The notes: generated by a model not told the origin, from the letters alone. A stretch of 64,000 nt of DNA from an uncultured delta proteobacterium (GCA_963753395.1 CAVWBW010000012.1:516513-580512), one strand, 5' to 3'. Numbered from the stretch's first letter, positions 38,249-47,022 are shown. A program made the numbers and translations.

Positions 38249-39824
38249 TGACGCGAAGAGCCTTGTCTTCGGTCGCCTTCGTGCGGAGATACTGAATGTA
38301 GAGGTCCACCGCCTCCTTCTGCTTCAGCGTCTCGAGGACTTCGCGTGTAGTGTCCTTGACCGAGTCGGAGAAGGCAGCCTCGTCCGGCCGCGTACGATCG
38401 ACGAGTCGGAAGATCAGCCATTCGCGGCCGATCTTCACTGGAGCGGCGCTGAAGGTTTCGCCCTCCGGCAGAGCGAACACGGCGTCCACGAGCGCTGCGG
38501 TCGACAGACCGGGCACCGGCGTATCCGCGCGGCCGAAGTCCATCGTCTCTTCGAGCGCCGGCGCAAGCGCGGACTTCTTCGCACTCGCCGCGTTCGAGAG
38601 CTTCTGCTCGATGGCCTCGTCGCCCGACCCCTTCCACGTCCGGAGCGCGTCTCCGGCGGCGCTCCGAGCACGCGCATCCAGCCAGTCGCTCCGGTAGAGC
38701 GTCTCCGCCAGCTCGCGCTTGGCCTCATCGATCGGAACATCGCCTTCGCGAACCGCAATCACCTTGATGATGTGGTACCCGTATTGCGTCTCGACGACCT
38801 CGGAGACTTCGTCGACCTCCAACACGAACAGCGCCTCATCGAAGGATTCCGGCATGACACCCTTCTTGAGGAAGCCGATGTCGCCGCCGTTCTTCGCCGT
38901 GATTTGGTCGCCGCTCTCTTTTCGCGCAAGCGCGGCGAAATCCTCGCCGCCAAGTACACGCTTCCGGTAGGCTTCGGCCTTCTTCTTGGCCTCGGCCTTC
39001 TGCTCGTCGGTCGCGTAGCTCCCGGCCTTCACGAGGATGTGCCGGGCGCGGACCTGCTTTTCGAGATTGGTGTAGCGGTGCTTGTTGGCCTCGTATTCCG
39101 CGGTCAGGCGCTCCACGTTCTCCGCGATCCACGCGTTGAGCGCCGCTTCGGAGGTCGAGGGCTTCTCCTGTGCGTAGTACGCCGGTGCGAAGCGTGCGTA
39201 CTTGATCTTCGCGGTGTCGTTCTCGCGGACGTAGTCGTCCCAAATCTCCGCATCGCTCACGTTGATCGACGACGCCACGAGCACGCGCATTTTTGCTGCA
39301 AGGTGCTCGTCTACTTGAGCCTCGGCGAATTCGCCTACGCTGCGCCTTAGGCCGTTCTGGATGTACCGCTCTGCGAGCTCCTTGTTGAAGGCGCCTTCCT
39401 TGTCGGAGAACGTCACAGGAATCTCGCCTTGTGGCAGCATCGGTGGCGCGCCAACGCCGAGCGACAGCAGGATGACCCCGTCATTGACGAAGCGCGCCAT
39501 CACCTCGTCGGCCGTCACGTCGAAGCCGACCTTGCGGGCCTCCCGGGCGAGCAGCGTCCGGTCGATGAGACCGTCGAGGACCAGCTCGGGAAGACGCATC
39601 GAGCGCTGCGTTTCCTCTGGGAGCCTGCCGAAATTGGCAATGGCGTACGACGCCTCGAAATCGCCCTTGCTCAGCGTTTGGCCATAGACCCGCGCGAGGT
39701 AGGAACCGCCGCCGGCCGCGCACCCTTCGGCTTGCCCGCCTCCGAACTGGAGAGCGAACACCGCCGAGAGCAGCACCACGAGAAGAACGAGGAAAAACCC
39801 TTTGAGCTTATCAACCATTACCAA
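38217..39824 (-). CDS. Membrane-anchored peptidyl-prolyl isomerase, PpiD/SurA-like (parvulin domain)
   Basis: N-terminal TM FFLVLLVVLLSAVFAL. The parvulin core is ARHILVK...FAALARKESGDQITAKNGGDIGFL...QYGYHIIKV. Confidence 0.85.
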   Translation of the reverse strand: MVMVDKLKGFFLVLLVVLLSAVFALQFGGGQAEGCAAGGGSYLARVYGQTLSKGDFEASYAIANFGRLPEETQRSMRLPELVLDGLIDRTLLAREARKVGFDVTADEVMARFVNDGVILLSLGVGAPPMLPQGEIPVTFSDKEGAFNKELAERYIQNGLRRSVGEFAEAQVDEHLAAKMRVLVASSINVSDAEIWDDYVRENDTAKIKYARFAPAYYAQEKPSTSEAALNAWIAENVERLTAEYEANKHRYTNLEKQVRARHILVKAGSYATDEQKAEAKKKAEAYRKRVLGGEDFAALARKESGDQITAKNGGDIGFLKKGVMPESFDEALFVLEVDEVSEVVETQYGYHIIKVIAVREGDVPIDEAKRELAETLYRSDWLDARARSAAGDALRTWKGSGDEAIEQKLSNAASAKKSALAPALEETMDFGRADTPVPGLSTAALVDAVFALPEGETFSAAPVKIGREWLIFRLVDRTRPDEAAFSDSVKDTTREVLETLKQKEAVDLYIQYLRTKATEDKALRVNALPTQDGRS

Positions 39825-39985
39825 TTGCCATTTAAAGAGGCCGAACCATAGAGGAGAGGTCGGCTGGCGGCAAACTCTGGTTTCAGGGCCGACCCTGAGC
39901 CGGGGAGTTGGCGTCCGCGGCGCGGGATTCTACACTCCGCCCTCGGGCGTGCCGAGCGCCCCCAAGTGGGGCAAGTGAGGGGACT

Positions 39986-40573
39986 GTGACTGGGGCCTCG
40001 AGCCTACCACCACTGAAGAAGAACGATGGGAAGTATGGGCTGCTCGCCCTGCTGCTACTGCTCGTTGCGGGCGGTTTATGGTTCTACTTGAGGGGCGATG
40101 ACGCGGAGCCCGCCGCGGAGGTCGAGGCGCCGCCCGTCGAATCGCCGGCCCGCGAGCAGTTCGTTCCGGAGATCGAGATTCCCGAGGAAGAGGACGCCGG
40201 AGCCGCCGAGCCGGCGCCGAAGCCCGGAAGCGCAGCGGAGGCCCCGGCGGCCAGCGGACCCGAATCCTGGGAGTGCAACGGGACGATTAATACGGCCCAG
40301 GTGCGACAAGTCATCAAGGGCGCCGCCAGTAAGCAGGTTCAGACCTGCTACGAGCGGGGCCTCAAGGGCAACAACCTCCTTCAAGGATCGATGGAGGTCG
40401 AGCTCACGATCGGGGCGAGTGGAAGCGTTCGCGCGGTCTCCCTGGGCGGCACGCTCACGGACCGTCAGGTCCACTCTTGCGTGAAGCGTGTCGCCAGGAC
40501 GTGGAAGTTTCCACAGCCGACCGGTGGCTGCGTCCGCATCAACGTGCCGTTTCAAATGACGCCGAAGCTCTAG
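39986..40573 (+). CDS. AgmX/PglI C-terminal domain protein (TM anchor, Pro/Glu-rich linker)
   Basis: ORF 39908..40573. GTG 39986 follows GAGGGG. The TM is LLALLLLLVAGGLWFY. The C-terminal module is VRQVIKGAASKQVQTCYERGLKGNNLLQGSMEVELTIGASGSVRAVSLGG...VHSCVKRVARTWKFPQPTGGCVRINVPFQM. Confidence 0.6.
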   Translation: MTGASSLPPLKKNDGKYGLLALLLLLVAGGLWFYLRGDDAEPAAEVEAPPVESPAREQFVPEIEIPEEEDAGAAEPAPKPGSAAEAPAASGPESWECNGTINTAQVRQVIKGAASKQVQTCYERGLKGNNLLQGSMEVELTIGASGSVRAVSLGGTLTDRQVHSCVKRVARTWKFPQPTGGCVRINVPFQMTPKL

Positions 40574-40579
40574 CGGGCG

Positions 40580-41632
40580 TCAGCCGTTCACGAAACGCAG
40601 CGCGTCCGCGACGTCATCCGCGCTTCCGATGAACACTGGGGTGCGCTGGTGGAGCGACGTCGGTTCGATGTCGAGAATGCGATTCATGCCATCTGATGCG
40701 GCGCCCCCTGCAGCTTCGACGAGGAATGCCATCGGCGAGGCTTCGTACAAGAGACGCAGCTTGCCCTTCTCGTTTTTCACGTCGCGTGGGTAGACGAAGA
40801 TGCCTCCGCGAAGCAGCGTGCGGTGAATGTCGGCGACCATCGCGCCGATGTAGCGCAGACGGTAGGCCTTCCTGTCTTCACTCGGCGTCTTGATCCAGTC
40901 GACCCACTTCTTCGTGCCCTCGGACCAGTTGTGGTAGTTGCCCTCGTTAATCGAGTAGATGCCGCCGCGCTGCGGTATGCGAATGTTCGGATGCGAGAGA
41001 AAGAACTCGCCCACGCCCGGGTCGTAGGTGAACCCGTCGACTTGCTCGCCCGTCGAGTACACAAGCATGTTCGACGATCCGTAGATGACGTAGCCTGCTG
41101 CGACGATCTCGCTTCCTTTTTGCAAGAGGTCTTTCAGGGAGCCCTGGCCCGGGGGCGTGACGCGTCGGTGAATCGAAAAGATCGTTCCGATCGAAGCGTT
41201 GATGTCGATGTTGCCCGAGCCATCTAGTGGGTCGAACTGGAGGACGTACTTGCCCTGCGGGTACTGCTTCGGGATCGTGATCGGGTCTTCGACCTCTTCA
41301 CTGCCCATGACGCAGACGTGGCCCCCGGCTTCGACCGTCTGCACGATGACCGTGTTGGCGAACTCGTCGAGCTTCTGGACCTGCTCTCCCTGGACGTTGG
41401 TGGTGCCGGTCCGCCCGAGAATGTCGGAGAGACCCGCTTTGCTGACCCGGCTGCCAATGATTTTGGCAGCCAACATGAGCTGCTGGAAAAGGCCTGTGAA
41501 ATCGCCCGTCGCCTCTGGCATCCGGCGCTGGCGATCGAGCAGGTGTCGCTCTAACGTCGTGCCAACGGGGCTGTCTTGTACGGGGCCGATTGAGGCTGTG
41601 AGGGTCATCGCCTCGGGCATACCAGTTGCCAC
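40580..41632 (-). CDS. fbp: Fructose-1,6-bisphosphatase class 1
   Basis: LERHLLDRQR..., GEQVQKLDEFAN, DPLDGSGNIDINASIGTIFSI and YEASPMAFLVEAAGG. Length 350 aa. Confidence 0.93.
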   Translation of the reverse strand: MATGMPEAMTLTASIGPVQDSPVGTTLERHLLDRQRRMPEATGDFTGLFQQLMLAAKIIGSRVSKAGLSDILGRTGTTNVQGEQVQKLDEFANTVIVQTVEAGGHVCVMGSEEVEDPITIPKQYPQGKYVLQFDPLDGSGNIDINASIGTIFSIHRRVTPPGQGSLKDLLQKGSEIVAAGYVIYGSSNMLVYSTGEQVDGFTYDPGVGEFFLSHPNIRIPQRGGIYSINEGNYHNWSEGTKKWVDWIKTPSEDRKAYRLRYIGAMVADIHRTLLRGGIFVYPRDVKNEKGKLRLLYEASPMAFLVEAAGGAASDGMNRILDIEPTSLHQRTPVFIGSADDVADALRFVNG

Positions 41633-41710
41633 TAGGCCGCGCTAGGACTCCCCAAATTGGGATAGCACCTCGATGTTGTGGTATCGTAAACTTACCGTGA
41701 CGGGGAAAGA

Positions 41711-42508
41711 TTGACGAACTTCCGCAATTGGCTCGAGAAGGCCCAGGAGCTCCGTTCGGGGATCCCACGCATTCGCGGCCTGAAGGGACTACCCGGCGTG
41801 CTCTTGCGGGGCGAGCTCAGCGTCGTCTACCAGCCGATCGTCTCGCTCACCACGATGGAGCCGTTCGCCTACGAAGCGCTGGTCCGCAGCAACTCCCCGC
41901 ACTGGACGACGCCGCCCATGCTCTTTGACGAGGCGATCAAGTCTGGCTGCGTCGGCGCGCTCGGCCGAGCGATCCGCGAAATCGCGACGAGCAACTGTTC
42001 CAATGCGCCGCTGTTCTTGAACGTGCATCCAAACGAGTTTGACGAGTCATGGCTCGTGCAGCCCGACGATCCGATCTTCACGCACGACCAGCCGATCTAT
42101 CTCGAGGTCACCGAGTCGGTGCCGCTCAGTCACTTCGCATACTGTCACAGCGTCTTGCGCGAGATCCGAGGCAAGGGCGTTTCGCTCGCTGTCGACGATC
42201 TCGGCGCCGGTTACTCGAACCTCAAGTACATCGTCGACCTAAAGCCGGAGATTGTGAAGCTCGACCGCACCCTGATCGCCGACCTCGCCGACGATCGTCG
42301 AGCGCAGGTGCTCGTTCGCCACATCGTGCGGCTCTGTCAGGAGCTCGGAGCCCTGGTTGTTGCGGAAGGCATCGAGCAGGAAACCGAGATGAAGGTCGTG
42401 ATCGATTGCGGCGCGCACTACGGTCAGGGCTACTATTTTGCTCGGCCTGCCTATCCTGCGCCGGGCGTCAGTGCAACACCACGCGAGATCCTCAGCAAGG
42501 GCGCCTGA
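41711..42508 (+). CDS. EAL-domain protein (putative c-di-GMP phosphodiesterase, no sensor domain)
   Basis: VVYQPIVSL...FAYEALVRS, YLEVTES, LAVDDLGAGYSNL, KLDRTLI, VVAEGIE and GQGYYFARP. TTG start. Confidence 0.87.
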   Translation: MTNFRNWLEKAQELRSGIPRIRGLKGLPGVLLRGELSVVYQPIVSLTTMEPFAYEALVRSNSPHWTTPPMLFDEAIKSGCVGALGRAIREIATSNCSNAPLFLNVHPNEFDESWLVQPDDPIFTHDQPIYLEVTESVPLSHFAYCHSVLREIRGKGVSLAVDDLGAGYSNLKYIVDLKPEIVKLDRTLIADLADDRRAQVLVRHIVRLCQELGALVVAEGIEQETEMKVVIDCGAHYGQGYYFARPAYPAPGVSATPREILSKGA

Positions 42509-42517
42509 GCGCCGCGC

Positions 42518-44173
42518 TCAGAACGGCACGGACTGGTAGCTGATGTCGCCACCTTCGTAGCCTTGAATCTCGAGGATCGCCGTGATCCGAGGGCCTTCTG
42601 GGCCGCGTTGCGTCGCGATCACCAGGTCGATCGCGCTTCCCACGAGCTGTGCCACGGACGCCCGCTCCGCGCCTCCGCAACCTCCGGCCAGCACGAGCCC
42701 TTCGATCGCGTCCCTGCTGCTGAAGCAATGCACGCCGAGCAGGTGCCCTGGCTCGCGTCCGAGGACGGCCACGAGGGCCGTCATCGTGTGTGCACCCGTG
42801 AGGTCGTTCATGATCAGCCGCTCCGAGTGAAGCCGGGTCCCGTGCTCGATCGCCTGAGCGAGCGAAATCCCCGAGTCCGCCGCAACCAACGAGACGATGC
42901 GCTTTCGATCGATGTCGAGATCGGGAACTGCCTCCACTGCGACGGCGACCTCCTCTTGCGGAAGCTCTCGGGCCAAGGCCGACATCGTCTCGGTTACGCC
43001 CGAGCCGCGCGGGCCCGCGACCACGATGTTGCGGCACTCGGCGACTGCCTTGCTCAGGTACACGGCGGCGTCGCCACTCATCCAACCGGCTTCAGCGAGC
43101 TCGTCGAGGGATCGCGAGCTACCGACCTGGAGCTCGATCACCGGACCGTTCGCTACCAGAGGTGGCTGCATGATCGTGAGCCGGGGTCCGAACGCGAGCC
43201 GTCCGTGAAGCACCGCTTGCGCTTCGAGCACTTGTCCGCTCTGCGCGGCAAGTCTCCGAGCCACGCGCAGCAACGCCGCGTGCGAGGAGAAGCTCAGCGC
43301 TGTCGCTTCGACCCCTTCGCCCTTGTCGACGAATACATGCTCGTGGCCGTTGACCAAGATTGAACGAACCGAATCGTCCGACAACAGATCGTCGAGGGCA
43401 CCGAGTCCGACAGCTTCGTGAAGCGCGACGTGCGCGATGTGCCGCATGTCGACGTCGGCGTTGACCGAACCGTCGGTCTGCATGGAGAGGAAGGTTTCGG
43501 CGATCGCAGCGCGGGCTGCCGACCAGCGTTCCTGATTCCTGAGTGCGCTGGGTTCCGAGTTCTCGATGTCGATTCGCTGCGCGAGACGCGAAAGAAGAGC
43601 GCTCAGCGGATCGGAGATCGGGATTGGGACCGCCGTCTCCGTCTTACGCGCCGCTGGCGCGTCGGTCTCCCGGTTCTCGAGTTGAGGCGGAAGGCTGGTT
43701 GGACGCACGTCGTCAGTCGCCGGTCCGCGGGAGTCTCCGGGAAGCGGCCGCCGAGCTGCGAAGGCGGGTCGAACGGGAATCGAGCTTTGCGGCGCAGCGG
43801 GCTTCGGCGGAAGCGGCGGGGGCTCGGAGACGCGCGGGATGGAGCTCTTGCGCGCCGCGTCGACGTTCGCCGGCTCCAGGGTGAGGATGAAATCGGCGAT
43901 GTAGATCTTGTCGCCCTGCTTGAGTGGGTGTGGCGACGTGATTTTCCGACCATTGACCCAGGTTCCGTTGGTGCTGTTCAGGTCGACCACGAGCGCCTGC
44001 TCGCCTTGCAGGCTCAGACGTGCGTGCTGCTTGGACACGTTGCGCTTTGCCAACACGATGTCGTTGCCCTGAACACGCCCCACGCTCAGCTCTGGCTTCG
44101 AGAAATCGAGCCTCCGTCGGGCGCCTCCCTCTTCGGTGATCACGACCGCGTACATATCGCTCGGTTCATTCAA
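42518..44173 (-). CDS. FHA domain fused to a CpaF/VirB11-type (T2SS-E family) ATPase-like domain with degenerate Walker A
   Basis: N-terminal FHA domain (LSVGRVQGNDIVLAKRNVSKQHARL...DLNSTNGTWVNG), then a Pro-rich linker. The C-terminal half is collinear with CpaF (GLGALDDLLSDDSVRSILVNG..., AIDLVIATQR). Walker A reads GPRGSGVT (nt 42992-43015). Confidence 0.8.
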   Translation of the reverse strand: MNEPSDMYAVVITEEGGARRRLDFSKPELSVGRVQGNDIVLAKRNVSKQHARLSLQGEQALVVDLNSTNGTWVNGRKITSPHPLKQGDKIYIADFILTLEPANVDAARKSSIPRVSEPPPLPPKPAAPQSSIPVRPAFAARRPLPGDSRGPATDDVRPTSLPPQLENRETDAPAARKTETAVPIPISDPLSALLSRLAQRIDIENSEPSALRNQERWSAARAAIAETFLSMQTDGSVNADVDMRHIAHVALHEAVGLGALDDLLSDDSVRSILVNGHEHVFVDKGEGVEATALSFSSHAALLRVARRLAAQSGQVLEAQAVLHGRLAFGPRLTIMQPPLVANGPVIELQVGSSRSLDELAEAGWMSGDAAVYLSKAVAECRNIVVAGPRGSGVTETMSALARELPQEEVAVAVEAVPDLDIDRKRIVSLVAADSGISLAQAIEHGTRLHSERLIMNDLTGAHTMTALVAVLGREPGHLLGVHCFSSRDAIEGLVLAGGCGGAERASVAQLVGSAIDLVIATQRGPEGPRITAILEIQGYEGGDISYQSVPF

Positions 44174-44370
44174 GAGGCGGTACCACGTCCCGTCAAGTCG
44201 GTGCCATTTCTCGCCCGCCCGGCTGACGATGCGGCCCCGGTTTCACCCGGGCGGCCTAGGATGGCAAATATCTGAAATTGTTGTAACTTTTGGAAAAACA
44301 TCACGACGGCGGCACCGAGCGGGGTTAAAAAACCCCCACCGGACGGGTCAACTGGGTTAGCGTAGCGCGC

Positions 44371-45012
44371 ATGCCGGGTGGCTTTCTAATCGTCGAGGAC
44401 GAGCCGACATTGGCTCGCACCCTCGCTCGTACATTTGGGCGTCATGGTCCAGTTGAGGTCGTTCACAGCATGGCCGCAGCGCGTGAGCAGCTCCAGACTC
44501 ACGAAGAGTGGACCGGGGTGGTGCTCGACCTGATTCTCCCCGATGGGTACGGGCTCGATCTGCTTTCGGAGATCCGCCAGGCCCACGGCGGCTTGCCCGT
44601 GCTCGTGCTGACGGGCGAGCTCAATCGTGATGTAGTTAACAAAGTTCAGACCATGCGGGGCGAGTACGTGTGCAAGCCCGCATCTGCGGACAATCTCAAC
44701 CCGTTCATCCAACGGGCGTTGGCGCAGGAGCGCGTCGACGACGCCGCCATTGGCCAGCGGATCGAGCACCTCGCCCGCCAGCTCAAGCTAACCCGCCGCG
44801 AAACCGAGCTTCTGACGCTGTCGGTAGACGGTCTCTCCCGCAAGGAGCTTGCCGACTCGCTCGGCGTTGCGGAGAACACGGTAAAGGCCCAGATCCGCTC
44901 GCTCCTCAAGAAGAGTGGCGCTCGGAGTCTTGCCACACTGGCCCAGAAGGTGATCAAGGGCGCAACCCGGGACTCGGTCCCACCCGAAGAGGCCCCTGCG
45001 GCTAACGACTGA
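44371..45012 (+). CDS. Response regulator, NarL/FixJ type (receiver plus LuxR HTH)
   Basis: FLIVEDEPTLARTL...VVLDLILPDGYGLDLL, then LTRRETELLTLSVDGLSRKELADSLGVAENTVKAQIRSLLKK. Confidence 0.88.
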   Translation: MPGGFLIVEDEPTLARTLARTFGRHGPVEVVHSMAAAREQLQTHEEWTGVVLDLILPDGYGLDLLSEIRQAHGGLPVLVLTGELNRDVVNKVQTMRGEYVCKPASADNLNPFIQRALAQERVDDAAIGQRIEHLARQLKLTRRETELLTLSVDGLSRKELADSLGVAENTVKAQIRSLLKKSGARSLATLAQKVIKGATRDSVPPEEAPAAND

Positions 45013-45892
45013 GGCTCGCCGCCGCGATTTCGAGGTCTTGTTGGATCTCGACCCGGCTTCCCGAGGCAACGGACGCCGCACGTCCGCCGGCCAGAATCTT
45101 CACATGCTCGGGGACCTCACTCTCGATCGCGGCGATCTCGGCTCGCGAGGCTTTCTCGCTTAGGTTGGTCACGGAGAGCAGCAAGAGCTCGGCCTTGCTG
45201 TCGCGCACGGCGTACGCGATCTCCGCGGCCGGCAGGTTCGGCCCGAGGTAGAGCACGCTCCACCCGTGCATCGCGGCGAGCATCGCGACCATCAACGCGC
45301 CGAGCTCGTGGTCCTCTTTGGCAGGCGTCGCGACGACGACTCGCCGTCTCGAGTCGTTGGAGGGGTAGAGCCGCATCAATGAAAAGAGCAAACCCCGCAT
45401 GACGGCGGAGCAGGCGTGCTCGTGCGCGATACGGAGGTCGCCGTTCTCCCAGCGCTCGCCGACCTCGACTAGGATCGGCGCCACGATTGCTTTGAGAAAC
45501 TCGACGGGCTCGACGCTCAACGCCGCGCGCGAGAGCAGTTGCTCGGCCTCTTCGACGCGCAGCCGCTCGACCGCAGCCATCACGCGTTGACGCACTTCGG
45601 GGAGGAGCTTCGATGCTGACTGTTGAGCCGAGGGCGCCGGGAAGGCGGCTGCCATGTGGCGGAGATCGAGGTCAGAGAGCTTGGCGATGCCACCGATCGA
45701 GTGGCCGCTGTCGACGAGAGTGTGCAGCAGCCGTAGGCGGGCAACGTGGGCATCGGTATAGAGGCGCCCGCCCGCTTCCGTCCGCTGCGGCAGTACGGCG
45801 GCATAGCGCTTCTCCCACATTCGCAGGGTGTGCGTGGAGAGGCCGGTCATCTTCGCGACCATGCCCACTCTGTACTTTGCTTCGTCCGCCAC
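45002..45892 (-). CDS. CarH/LitR-type MerR-family regulator with B12-binding domain (putative AdoCbl photoreceptor repressor)
   Basis: MerR HTH (YRVGMVAKMTGLSTHTLRMWEKRY). Helical-bundle motif W-x9-EH (GERWENGDLRIAHEH). Rossmann B12 motif ExHxxG (KEDHELG). The start is placed at GTG 45892. The ORF-track start at 46057 would run through low-GC promoter-like DNA and the predicted operator. Confidence 0.82.
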   Translation of the reverse strand: MADEAKYRVGMVAKMTGLSTHTLRMWEKRYAAVLPQRTEAGGRLYTDAHVARLRLLHTLVDSGHSIGGIAKLSDLDLRHMAAAFPAPSAQQSASKLLPEVRQRVMAAVERLRVEEAEQLLSRAALSVEPVEFLKAIVAPILVEVGERWENGDLRIAHEHACSAVMRGLLFSLMRLYPSNDSRRRVVVATPAKEDHELGALMVAMLAAMHGWSVLYLGPNLPAAEIAYAVRDSKAELLLLSVTNLSEKASRAEIAAIESEVPEHVKILAGGRAASVASGSRVEIQQDLEIAAASLSR

Positions 45893-46009
45893 GAACCTCT
45901 CGGGGCCAAGATAAACAGAATGCGATGCCCAGACGCTGTCTAAGAGCTGTCTATCCTTAGAGATCTCGCCAATCAAGCCCCAATTGGGAAAAAAAGAGGC
46001 GACCGGCGG

Positions 46010-46068
46010 TTGACGTGTCCAATCGAGACTGTAGGAACTTGGACAAGACCTAGACATAACTTAGACAG
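46010..46068 (+). promoter_or_regulatory. Putative promoter plus CarH-type operator (three tandem 11-bp direct repeats) upstream of the DUF4397 gene
   Basis: TTGACG (46010-46015), a 16-nt spacer, then TAGGAA (46032-37). DR1 is AACTTGGACAA (46036-46), DR2 is GACCTAGACAT (46047-57) and DR3 is AACTTAGACAG (46058-68). All three fit nAnnTnnACAn. They are followed by GGAGGAGG and the ATG at 46084. Confidence 0.5.
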
Positions 46069-46083
46069 GTCGGAGGAGGATTA

Positions 46084-46944
46084 ATGAAAAATCGTAAGCA
46101 TTTCTGGTTGGGAATCGTAGCTGCGGCAGCTCTTGCCGCGACAGGCTGCGGAGACAGTGACAACAACGGCACCGGGGGCAGCGGCGGTACCGCTGGCACG
46201 GGCGGCTCAGCCGGCGAAGGCGGCGTAGGCGGCATGCCGATGGGGATGGCCAACGTGACGGCGGTTCACCTGGCACCCGAGGTTCCCTCGGCGGAAAGCA
46301 CCGCAGTTGCGCTTTTCGTCAATGGCGCGGAGGCGACCGATCTCGGCACGCTCTCGTACTCGCAGAGCACCGGCAAGATCCCGCTTCCCGCGGGCACATA
46401 TGACATCGGCATCGGCCTGCCCGGCGGCGACGCCCCGCTGCTCCAGCTCGACGACGTCGCGCTGAGCGACGGAGACGACGTGGTCGCGGTCGCCTTCCGA
46501 ACCAATGGTGCACTTCCCGTCGACTTGTTCGTGTTCGTCAACAGCACGGAGGACCTCGCCAGTGGTGAAGGCCGCGTGTTCGTCGGCCACGGCGCGGACG
46601 ACTCGGCGCTCGATCCGGTCGACGTCTCGCTTGGTGAAGCGCCGGACTGCTCCACGCTCGTTCCGAACTTCGTCTTCGGCACGACCGTTCCCGAAGAAGG
46701 CGTTCTCGATCTTCCGGAGGGCACCTATCAGATCGGCTTTGACCTCTCACCTGAGGACGACAACGACTGCGCCGACTTCGGTCCCGTAGCTGTTCCCGTG
46801 ACCCCGGGCGTCGTGAGCATTCTCATCGCGGTCGACGAGGACACGACCGACAGCGCGGACGGCGGCGCCCTCAATCCCGAGCTCTGGGCGATCATTCCAG
46901 ATGCCGAGAACCCGCAGCCCATTCGCACGATCCAGACCAACTGA
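46084..46944 (+). CDS. DUF4397-domain lipoprotein
   Basis: MKNRKHFWLGIVAAAALAATGC (lipobox), then a Gly-rich linker. Two DUF4397-like modules follow (VTAVHLAPEVP...ALFVNGAEA...LSYSQSTGKIPLPAGTYDIGIG...VVAVAF). A strong SD is present. Confidence 0.72.
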   Translation: MKNRKHFWLGIVAAAALAATGCGDSDNNGTGGSGGTAGTGGSAGEGGVGGMPMGMANVTAVHLAPEVPSAESTAVALFVNGAEATDLGTLSYSQSTGKIPLPAGTYDIGIGLPGGDAPLLQLDDVALSDGDDVVAVAFRTNGALPVDLFVFVNSTEDLASGEGRVFVGHGADDSALDPVDVSLGEAPDCSTLVPNFVFGTTVPEEGVLDLPEGTYQIGFDLSPEDDNDCADFGPVAVPVTPGVVSILIAVDEDTTDSADGGALNPELWAIIPDAENPQPIRTIQTN

Positions 46945-46983
46945 CCCATCCCCTTTACTCAACAAGGCATCGTGCATAGCGCA

Positions 46984-47022
46984 GGGGCCGCTCTTCTTCT
47001 GAAGAGCGGCCCCATTCTTTTT
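46984..47022 (+). terminator. Rho-independent terminator
   Basis: A perfect 13-bp stem GGGGCCGCTCTTC (46984-96) / GAAGAGCGGCCCC (47001-13) with loop TTCT. It is followed by ATTCTTTTT. Confidence 0.85.

Noticed and set aside
37124-39350. Long + ORFs 37124..38251 (375 aa) and 38148..39350 (400 aa)
   Set aside because: They are antisense to the M16 peptidase (HxxEH) and the PpiD-like PPIase (parvulin motif). Their composition is Arg/Asp/Val-rich shadow.
44262-44277. TGGCAAATATCTGAAA in the FHA-ATPase / response-regulator intergenic region as a sigma-54 promoter
   Set aside because: It has the -24 GG but lacks the -12 GC element (TTGC) at the correct spacing. It is not supported.
45893-46057. 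ORF-track start (46057) for the CarH-like gene, which adds 55 N-terminal residues
   Set aside because: The extension lies in lower-GC, promoter-like DNA and has non-protein-like composition. It would bury the three-repeat operator in coding sequence. MerR HTH domains normally sit at the extreme N-terminus, which fits GTG 45892.
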